Assembly: GCA_030668875.1 (NCBI GenBank)
Contig: DAOVER010000027.1
Location: forward strand, 7,408-39,407
Source: Candidatus Heimdallarchaeota archaeon
GTDB lineage: Archaea; Asgardarchaeota; Heimdallarchaeia; Heimdallarchaeales; Heimdallarchaeaceae
Direction: 5' to 3'
DNA: 32,000 bases
Part shown: positions 19,536-26,770 of the stretch, in pieces
Position numbering within the stretch: position 1 is the stretch's first letter
Layout: each line of letters opens with the position of its first letter
The notes under the pieces: generated by a model
Databases searched by the model: none
What the model saw: only the letters and a program-made list of their open reading frames with translations
What the model was told of the DNA's origin: nothing
Translations under genes and position numbers: made by a program

Positions 19536-19666
19536 GCAATGAACAAATACTAAATTTTCCTCAATAATGTTTTACAAAGGTTCCCTAATAAAAACTTTTC
19601 TTCGTTTTTTTCTTTAGATTATTCTAATATCTAACAAAATGAAAGTGAAGCAGAAAATAAGTGGTT

Positions 19667-20572
19667 CTATCTCAAGTAATTACCACAGTATGGGCAGAAC
19701 TCATTAGTTTCAATTACTTTTTCCCCGCATTGGGGACAAAATTCTTTACTTCCATCAACAGCTTGATCCTTATATTTCTCTGAAGGTATAGAAGTTGCTG
19801 TTGGAGTTGGATCATAGTAAGAAGCGTGCTGTGGTACAGGTTGAGCAGGACCATAGACAACTTGGGGAGGCGCTTGTCTGGGTGAAGGGTCTTTCTCTAG
19901 AATCAGAAGCATGTTATTGCTGAATCTCTTCAAGGCAAAGATGTGTACAATAATTGTTGCAATTAGTAGGAATCCTGCTATAGAAACGAAAATAGGTATA
20001 CCTTCGAAGACGTTAAAATACCAGCTAAACAAGAGAATCCAAAAGGTCGACAAAGTAGCTATGATTAAGAAAAAGACTATACCTATTGCTATCGATGATC
20101 CAAAGAGAAACCGATCCTCTTTCTTAGGATATAAACCTGCTGAATTCAATTCTTTGAATATTCCTGTAATTCTACTGCAGGCAACAATATAGAGAATAAT
20201 ACCAACCACTCCAGCTGTTACTACCGAAACTATCATAGCAATTTTTAACATTTCTCCAGCTTTTTTTGCAGATTGAATGTATTGCCAATAATATTCCCCT
20301 AGCTCTTCTAAATTTTGACTGATTCTATATATTTGTAAGAGCCCAAATGCTCCAATTGCAACCATAATAAATCCTCCAATACTATTGAATACCATAAAAA
20401 ACCCAATGAAGTCCAAATCTCCGTACCAAGTAAACATGAAAACCGTATATCCAATTATCATTGAAATTATGATACCGATAAGTGAGTATCCGACTTTATA
20501 TAAGCTTCCGCTTATCTCTGTCTTTATCGAATTTATAGGTTTAATTGGTTTAGAATAATGCATAGCCACCAT
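19667..20572 (-). CDS. Multi-pass membrane protein with C-terminal double zinc ribbon (paralog family member 2)
   Basis: PIKPI N-terminus, AKKAGEMLKIA, IFKELNSAGLYPKKEDR, P/Q/Y-rich linker, FCPQCG-x8-FCPYCG. Confidence 0.9.
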   Translation of the reverse strand: MVAMHYSKPIKPINSIKTEISGSLYKVGYSLIGIIISMIIGYTVFMFTWYGDLDFIGFFMVFNSIGGFIMVAIGAFGLLQIYRISQNLEELGEYYWQYIQSAKKAGEMLKIAMIVSVVTAGVVGIILYIVACSRITGIFKELNSAGLYPKKEDRFLFGSSIAIGIVFFLIIATLSTFWILLFSWYFNVFEGIPIFVSIAGFLLIATIIVHIFALKRFSNNMLLILEKDPSPRQAPPQVVYGPAQPVPQHASYYDPTPTATSIPSEKYKDQAVDGSKEFCPQCGEKVIETNEFCPYCGNYLR

Positions 20573-20643
20573 ATAATCAACTATCCTTAAATTATAACTA
20601 ATAATTCTAGCTATTTAAGGAATTCCTAGTTTGGAAATAAGAA

Positions 20644-21570
20644 TTAATCAAGTTTGGTTCCACATTTTGTGCAGAAAGTAATTACATCATCAGTAGGATT
20701 ACCACAATTTGGACAAAATGATGATTCCTCTCGGCTTTGATTTTTATGATACTTTATAGAAGGTGTTGATTGAGTCTGAGTAGGAGCAGGTGAATAATGA
20801 ACTTGTTGTTGAGGATATGGTTGCATAACGGGTACATAAGAAGAAGGTTGTCTTTCGACAATAAGTAACGCATCATCACCTAAACGATAAAAACCAAAGA
20901 TTTGAGCAATATATGTAGCTACCATTAGTGCAATCGAAATTCCTACAAAGATTACAATAGTTAGTGAAAAGCGATCATAAAACATAGCATAGATTAAGGA
21001 ATTATACAACAAATCAAAGATGAAGAAAGTATATGCTATTATAAATATTATTTGCGTAATAATTGATGCTATGAAGGATTTATACACTAATCTACTCTCT
21101 TGCTTTGGAAATAGTTCATTTTTATTTAGTTCTTTAAAAGTTTCTGCAACTCTGTGATAAGCAATAATGTACAAAACAAGACTAATTATTCCTCCAGCGA
21201 TTATACTTACAAGCAAAGCTATCTTTAGCATTTCACTTGCTTTCTTTGCAGTAGTAGTTTCTTGCATATAATAAAGCCCTAAATCATCTAACGATTTGCT
21301 CAATTTGTACTCACAAACCATTTTATAGATACTAAAACCAGCAAGAATTAATGTGACTATAAATATAAATGGTAAAATAATTATAGAATTGGAAGAAAAT
21401 GTTGGATCGAATGGATTGACTAAGAAAAATGAAATAATTGTTAATATAAGTATAATAACTATACAGATAACCATAGCAATAAGAGAATGACCTATATTCC
21501 TAGCATATTTTCTTAATTCCTTCTTAATCTCTACTATGGGTTTAATAGGTTGAACATATGCATAATTCAT
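20644..21570 (-). CDS. Multi-pass membrane protein with C-terminal double zinc ribbon (paralog family member 3)
   Basis: PIKPI, AKKASEMLKIA, TFKELNKNELFPKQESR, P/Q/Y-rich linker, FCPNCG-x8-FCTKCG; GAGGT upstream of ATG. Confidence 0.9.
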   Translation of the reverse strand: MNYAYVQPIKPIVEIKKELRKYARNIGHSLIAMVICIVIILILTIISFFLVNPFDPTFSSNSIIILPFIFIVTLILAGFSIYKMVCEYKLSKSLDDLGLYYMQETTTAKKASEMLKIALLVSIIAGGIISLVLYIIAYHRVAETFKELNKNELFPKQESRLVYKSFIASIITQIIFIIAYTFFIFDLLYNSLIYAMFYDRFSLTIVIFVGISIALMVATYIAQIFGFYRLGDDALLIVERQPSSYVPVMQPYPQQQVHYSPAPTQTQSTPSIKYHKNQSREESSFCPNCGNPTDDVITFCTKCGTKLD

Positions 21571-21701
21571 AGATTATTACCTCTCTTCCTAAATATCTAT
21601 GGTGTATTAAGAACCATATTATATAAAACTATTCAAAAAATATTAGTCTCATTTTCTATGTCTATTATTTAGTGGAAAATGAAAAGAGAAAAACCGGGTA
21701 A

Positions 21702-21722
21702 GACAACAATCTCACCATACAA
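21702..21722 (+). repeat. Imperfect 21-bp direct repeat, copy 1 (copy 2 at 23076..23096)
   Basis: GACAACAATCTCACCATACAA vs GTCAACAAGCTCTCCATACAA, 18/21 identical, one copy each side of the 21765..23006 gene. Confidence 0.35.
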
Positions 21723-21764
21723 CCTCTGTTTTTTGTTTTCTTTCAAATTAAGTAGGAATATAGA

Positions 21765-23006
21765 TCATTTTTGTGTTTGTTCAGTATTTACAGTGTCCTT
21801 TCTCACAAAGAACTTGACATAAACGAGTGTAAGAAGGATAAGAAACAGTAGTATTAAAGATGCGATCATAAACCAAAATGTGAATGATAAGACATGTTTT
21901 TCATCTATTAAGAGCTGATCATACCTTGCAGCAGAATAAGTAGCGTCATATATTTGAAAATAAAATATCATAAGGGTATAAATTATAGCAGGGATTGTGA
22001 GATATGCTTCACCTTCAGGATTTGATGAAGGAATTATTAAGACGATCACCAAGAAAATAAACAGCAATAATTTTGGTTTTGTGATTTGGAGTTTTTTAAA
22101 ATATGATAGTATTACTATAATGCAAACTGAAAGAAGCATAATAAAATATGTTAAATATATTAGAACATTTACGTCTAAGTACTTCATATGATTTGAATTA
22201 TAGGAACTCTCAGGCGTTAAGAAACTAGTTAGAGTGTTATCTCCTTCTGCACCTCTGTAGACCCAATAAAATGTAGGAGTTACTAATCCAAGTATAACTC
22301 CAACACTTGCAATCAGACATAAGATAGAGAGTATTAAATTCATTTTATTTTGATGTAAGTTTAATAGTTTTTTTTCACTAATAGGTGTTCTAGATTTATT
22401 TCTATAGTTTCCCCAATTCTGAATAACTAAAATGATAGAAGGGAGAAATGAGATTAAGAGCAGAAGAATACCAACTAGACACATGTAAAAACCAAGACCA
22501 AGCTTCACAGCATATTCATAATCAACTGATCTCATTTGTGAATATGCTGCACATGAAGCTGCAGTTGTAAGACAATGTCCAATATAACCTAGAAAAGGAA
22601 AATAGGTAAAGGAAAATATAGGAACAAAAAGAATGAAAATTAGAAGAATGAAGGAAATAGTTGAGTTTCCAAATAAGCTTAATCTTTTGATTTTCCTTCC
22701 TAAGAGAGCTAGAAATCCTGACAAAAATATCATTAGAACAATAATTAACAATAACAATAGTACAACATCGACAAATTTGTAATACACATCATTAGAACTA
22801 GTTAAACTAAATAAAAAAGAATGACCAGGATGCCCATCAAGGTTAGGATAAAACCAATAAGGAATAATTAGACCGACTATGAGTACAGCTGAACCAATTA
22901 AAATAAGAATATTATATAAAAGTGAAAGAGTACTTTTTTGATTTGTTATTTGTCTATCTAGCAAAGAACCAACCTCATATGTGATACACAAAAGAGAAAA
23001 ACTCAA
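21765..23006 (-). CDS. Polytopic membrane protein built from two 4-TM repeats
   Basis: LILIGSAVLIVGLIIPYW vs LCLIASVGVILGLVTPTFYW; (V/L)DV at start of TM2 in both halves; GFYMCL vs TFWFMI at TM4. Probable start TTG 22964 (GAGGT upstream). Confidence 0.85.
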   Translation of the reverse strand: MSFSLLCITYEVGSLLDRQITNQKSTLSLLYNILILIGSAVLIVGLIIPYWFYPNLDGHPGHSFLFSLTSSNDVYYKFVDVVLLLLLIIVLMIFLSGFLALLGRKIKRLSLFGNSTISFILLIFILFVPIFSFTYFPFLGYIGHCLTTAASCAAYSQMRSVDYEYAVKLGLGFYMCLVGILLLLISFLPSIILVIQNWGNYRNKSRTPISEKKLLNLHQNKMNLILSILCLIASVGVILGLVTPTFYWVYRGAEGDNTLTSFLTPESSYNSNHMKYLDVNVLIYLTYFIMLLSVCIIVILSYFKKLQITKPKLLLFIFLVIVLIIPSSNPEGEAYLTIPAIIYTLMIFYFQIYDATYSAARYDQLLIDEKHVLSFTFWFMIASLILLFLILLTLVYVKFFVRKDTVNTEQTQK

Positions 23007-23075
23007 AATATATAAACATTACTTAAAATTTGATTGAGCAATTTGCATTATAATGAGAATTAAAAAACTGTTTAT

Positions 23076-23096
23076 GTCAACAAGCTCTCCATACAA
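23076..23096 (+). repeat. Imperfect 21-bp direct repeat, copy 2
   Basis: See 21702..21722; partial copies AATAAGCTCACC at 23112 and CCATACAA at 23172. Confidence 0.35.
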
Positions 23097-23257
23097 TAAC
23101 GAGCTCCTTTTAATAAGCTCACCTTAATGTAAGGTTATTTGAAAAGCTTGTATAATCAAGTCTTAGAAGCCCCATACAAAGAATAACATGTTTTGCTTTC
23201 TTTAGACATAAGCTAAAAACCGTATAGGATCTATCTAGATAATCAATTAAGCTATTT

Positions 23258-23299
23258 TGTATAACACTTGTTGCACTATAATGTAATATGTGTTATACA
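23258..23299. repeat. 42-nt inverted repeat / hairpin
   Basis: TGTATAACAC (23258-67) pairs perfectly with GTGTTATACA (23290-99); after one mismatch a further 7 bp (2 G-T) close a 6-nt loop. Confidence 0.7.
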
Positions 23300-23310
23300 G
23301 TTGTTCTACT

Positions 23311-23347
23311 AACCTTATTGTATACTCCAGTCTGCTCGTATAAGGTT
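23311..23347. repeat. Inverted repeat AACCTTAT-N21-ATAAGGTT; same arms as ACCTTA-ATG-TAAGGT at 23121..23135
   Basis: Read directly from the sequence. Confidence 0.55.
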
Positions 23348-23591
23348 TTCAGTTAACCATAATAATTCACTCTTCAACAGACACAGCCCGTTTCCTTCCC
23401 TTCTACGTCACTTTTTCTTTTCCCCCTTTATATATTAAACGATTAAGCTAATGATCTAAATCTTATAGATCTGTTTTAACCCTGAATTTGCATTTTGCTC
23501 ATTCAGGTATTTTACTTAACAAACTGCTTATTCATAGATCGTGAACATAGAGTTTAAGTAAATTTAAACTGATGCTGTTAGTTACATCAAC

Positions 23592-23599
23592 TTTATAAT
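23592..23599 (+). promoter_or_regulatory. Candidate TATA box of the four-gene operon
   Basis: TTTATAAT 20-27 nt upstream of ATG 23619; short inverted repeats (GTTTAA/TTAAAC, TGATG/CATCA) just upstream could be operators. Confidence 0.4.
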
Positions 23600-23618
23600 T
23601 GTATTTCTATTCTTATAA

Positions 23619-24248
23619 ATGAACATGTCAAATTCAGGGTTAGATTTGATAATTCTTTTATTATCCGAAATTTCAAATAATCATATTATTGGCAAACTTA
23701 AATTCCATAAACTATTATTTTTGCTAATAAACGAAGGGGGATCAGAAGATATTGAAGAAATAATCTCCTTCAAGCCATATAAGTTTGGTCCATGGTCTCC
23801 GGAACTAGACCCACTACTCCAATTAATGGAAGACGAAAAAATTATTGAAATAAAAAACATAAAAACTGATGCTGAATATTTGTATGAGGACCATGAAAAT
23901 GACAATTTGAAAAAGTATGAACTTACAAAAATCGGAATTAAAATTGGTCATGAACTTAAGAAAATTCACGAAAATAGACTAAAAGGCATCAATTATATAA
24001 TCACAAAATATTCGCACTTAAAGAATGAAACTCTACTAAGGTATGTTTATACCTCTTATCCTGGATTTAAAGAAAAATCTATTATTAAAGACAAAGTTTC
24101 CAAACTATCAATTGAAGAAGAATATAGACTTATTTTTCCAAATGATGAAATAGATGAGAACCTTTTCTCACTAGTAGGTATTATCAAACCAATGTCTTTA
24201 GAAGAGGAAAAACAAGTAATAGACAGATTAGTACTAGGAGGAAACTGA
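23619..24248 (+). CDS. Panacea/SocA (DUF4065)-like antitoxin with C-terminal extension
   Basis: GKLKFHKLLFLL and FKPYKFGPWSPEL match the KLxKLLY...F.....GP signature; directly upstream of a PIN toxin (0-nt gap). Confidence 0.7.
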   Translation: MNMSNSGLDLIILLLSEISNNHIIGKLKFHKLLFLLINEGGSEDIEEIISFKPYKFGPWSPELDPLLQLMEDEKIIEIKNIKTDAEYLYEDHENDNLKKYELTKIGIKIGHELKKIHENRLKGINYIITKYSHLKNETLLRYVYTSYPGFKEKSIIKDKVSKLSIEEEYRLIFPNDEIDENLFSLVGIIKPMSLEEEKQVIDRLVLGGN

Positions 24249-24665
24249 GTGCTTTTTATAGATGTGAATGTTATAAATGATGTTCTTGGTAAACGAAGAG
24301 GATGGGAACATAGTCTTAAAATTCTTAACAGTAGTAAAATGGGTGAATATGATTATGGAATTTCAGCTCTTACAGTATTTTTTTTGGAAGGATATCTACG
24401 AAATAACAAACCCATTTTCAGTCAAATCCAGATAAGACAAAAGATTGGAGAAATAATTGAATTTATTAAAATTTTAGCCTTAGATTCAGATATCTTATCA
24501 AATGCACTGTCGTCAGATTTCCATGATTTTGAGGACGCAATACAATATCATACTGCTAAAAAACATGATTGTTCAGCAATAATAACGAGAAATATTAAGG
24601 ATTTTACCAAGGCAAAAGGTATTGAAATTTGGACACCAGAAGATTTTCATAGGTCGAGGATGTAG
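24249..24665 (+). CDS. vapC: PIN-domain (VapC-like) ribonuclease toxin
   Basis: FIDVNV, DFHDFEDAIQY, ITRNIKDF, IWTPEDF; 138 aa; GTG start immediately after the upstream TGA. Confidence 0.92.
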   Translation: MLFIDVNVINDVLGKRRGWEHSLKILNSSKMGEYDYGISALTVFFLEGYLRNNKPIFSQIQIRQKIGEIIEFIKILALDSDILSNALSSDFHDFEDAIQYHTAKKHDCSAIITRNIKDFTKAKGIEIWTPEDFHRSRM

Positions 24666-24666
24666 C

Positions 24667-25095
24667 ATGAAGGAATCATTGTTGAAGCGCCATTTAATTG
24701 AATACTTAGATAAGAAGGGATACAAATATTTGACTGAAGTTCCTTTTTTAGAAAGAAGAATAGATATTGTGGGGGGTAAAAAAGAAAAGACTTACTCTTT
24801 TGAGCTCAAAGTTGCCAATTGGAAAAGAGCAATTCAACAAGCCTTATCAAATTTGCTTTGTGTAGATTATTCAAACATTGCCATGTTTAAAAGCAAAGTA
24901 CATCTACTTAATCTTGAAATGTGCAAAGAATTGGGAATAGGAGTACTATCTATTGACGAAACAGGTAAAATTGAAAATATCTTAGACTCACAACAGTCAA
25001 GATTAATTAACCCATCACTATATAATAAAATATCAGAACAAATTGAGGGGTATAATGGTCTCCAAACTATATTATCGTTTCAATCTAGCAAATGA
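24667..25095 (+). CDS. Small PD-(D/E)xK restriction-endonuclease-fold protein (142 aa)
   Basis: TEVPFLERRIDIVG...SFELKVANWKRAIQQA: E, D, ExK and QA elements intact. Real start is ATG 24667, 1 nt after the vapC stop (the track's 24622 start lies inside vapC). Confidence 0.8.
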   Translation: MKESLLKRHLIEYLDKKGYKYLTEVPFLERRIDIVGGKKEKTYSFELKVANWKRAIQQALSNLLCVDYSNIAMFKSKVHLLNLEMCKELGIGVLSIDETGKIENILDSQQSRLINPSLYNKISEQIEGYNGLQTILSFQSSK

Positions 25096-26377
25096 AAAAA
25101 AAATCTTCAGAACTACTAAATCAAAATATCATGGATTAGTAATAGGGGCACACATTGGTGCATACTCTTCTACTTGGATTTCAAGTTTTTTAAGAAAATT
25201 ATCTAAACCATATTTTGTTGATCCAATGTCATACATGTTTGCATTAGACCCACCTCCAGTAAAAGATGTTTTTTGCATTGCAGATGACAAAGAATCATAC
25301 CTTGCTCTTAGTAACACATACAACTCATCAATTCAAAAAACTGTCCAAAAAAGACCTCTAAATCCAATAGACTTCATGAAAGAAGGTAATCCAGACAAAG
25401 AACTTATAAGAGATTTTCTTCAAAATCGCTTTATATTTCAAGAAACTATTGATGGAATAAATCCAGCTCAAAAAAGGATTTCTGAATATTTCCAATTTGA
25501 TTCTTTGAAAAATGAACTGAGAATAGATGAAGAAACTGAGGATTGTGAATTAGAATTTTTTTCAATCCCATATTTCTACTTTAGATCTCTAAATGATCCT
25601 TGGTATGAGTTAAATCAAATATTTTACAAAGAATCCAAAAGTATCAAGAAAAATAGACCTAAATATTCCTTTTTGAGTTTTGACAAAGATATTTTAATAG
25701 AAGAAGATAATGTTGAGACATTGTTTAAAAATTATAGTGATTCTGAAGGAATTGTTCTCTGGGTTCATGATTTCAAACCAAGAACTGATTCTGAGATTTA
25801 CTTAAATTCTATGATTAACTTCATCAATCTATTTGCTGAAAAAGAAATTCCATGTATTAACCTTTATGGCGGATACTATTCATGTTTACTTACTAAAATA
25901 GGCTTAGATGGATATTGTAGAAGCATAGGATATGGCGATAAAAAGCAAATTTCACATGTTGCAGCAGGTGGAGGTTCTCCTGAAAGATTTTATGTAAAAG
26001 AGATTCATAGAAGTTTATCAAAAAACAAGGTCCGATCATTCTATAGTAAAAATAGGAATTTGATGTGTACTTGTTCGTCTTGTAAAGATGTAAGAGTAGC
26101 GAATAATTTAAAATCTGATACTATTACAAATGTAAGTAGATTTTTTGATTCAATAGATTACATTGAAGATTCAAGAGCGCATTTCTCAAATTCACATACT
26201 TCGGAAAGAAACGAAATACACCACGAAAACCTGAAAGATATTATTGTAAGATTAAGGAAGGAAGAAAACAATGCAAAAATGCTAAACGTTCCTTATTTTC
26301 TAGGTGAGGATATCAGTTTTTATGAACGATGGAGAAATAGTCTAGCACAATATGAATTGAAAAGTAAGGATACATGA
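25055..26377 (+). CDS. Uncharacterised alpha/beta (probable TIM-barrel) protein with CxCxxC..H site, tentatively tRNA-guanine transglycosylase / phage beta-protein-like
   Basis: CDS is clear (440 aa, ATG 25055 with GAGGGG upstream, 41-nt overlap with the nuclease gene). Motifs YFVDPMSY, IPYF, GIVLWV, NLYGGYYS, IGYGD, GGGSPERFY, CTCSSC, HFSNSH. The fold call is inference. Confidence 0.6.
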   Translation: MVSKLYYRFNLANEKKIFRTTKSKYHGLVIGAHIGAYSSTWISSFLRKLSKPYFVDPMSYMFALDPPPVKDVFCIADDKESYLALSNTYNSSIQKTVQKRPLNPIDFMKEGNPDKELIRDFLQNRFIFQETIDGINPAQKRISEYFQFDSLKNELRIDEETEDCELEFFSIPYFYFRSLNDPWYELNQIFYKESKSIKKNRPKYSFLSFDKDILIEEDNVETLFKNYSDSEGIVLWVHDFKPRTDSEIYLNSMINFINLFAEKEIPCINLYGGYYSCLLTKIGLDGYCRSIGYGDKKQISHVAAGGGSPERFYVKEIHRSLSKNKVRSFYSKNRNLMCTCSSCKDVRVANNLKSDTITNVSRFFDSIDYIEDSRAHFSNSHTSERNEIHHENLKDIIVRLRKEENNAKMLNVPYFLGEDISFYERWRNSLAQYELKSKDT

Positions 26378-26586
26378 GGGAAGTTTCCTTGAGTTCTTGC
26401 TCAGAAAGTAACTTAATAATGCACTATAGTTATAATATCTAATCTTTGCAAATCACTCAGAGATTAATAAAAATCTCTCTTTTTCATTTTTTCCTTGTTT
26501 CTCAGCAAATACATCACTCAGAACTAATTGATTATACTTATATTCAATTAACAAAATGACATACATTATTTAAAACAAAAATGATT

Positions 26587-26750
26587 CAAAGAATATCACG
26601 AATCTCTTACTTATTTCTTACTTTCTAGCTTATGTTTGAGATAATTGTTGGTTTTTTGTTCATTATATTCCTCTTTATTTGCAAGAAGTTGACTAACAAA
26701 GTCAAGATCGTTTTTATCCAATATACCTTCTTTTATGAGCTTAAAACCTA
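26587..26750 (+). repeat. ~165-bp direct repeat, copy A (copy B at 30358..30522)
   Basis: Manual alignment: about 20 differences including one indel in 165 positions (~88% identity). Confidence 0.95.
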
Positions 26751-26760
26751 CGTTTTTCAT
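26611..26760 (-). pseudogene. 3'-terminal fragment (49 codons) of an iron-sulfur flavoprotein gene
   Basis: MKNVGFKLIKEGILDKNDLDFVSQLLANKEEYNEQKTNNYLKHKLESKK* matches the C-terminus of 30389..31114 at 35/41 aa; the first ~190 codons are absent. Confidence 0.85.
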
Positions 26761-26770
26761 AATATCATGT

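Noticed and set aside
26378-26586. Repeated CTCAG/ATCACTCAG and TTTCCTTG words, and broken minus-strand frames (LSDVFAEKQGKMKKRDFY*)
   Set aside because: Too short and irregular for a CRISPR or tandem repeat; may be gene debris but nothing can be assigned.
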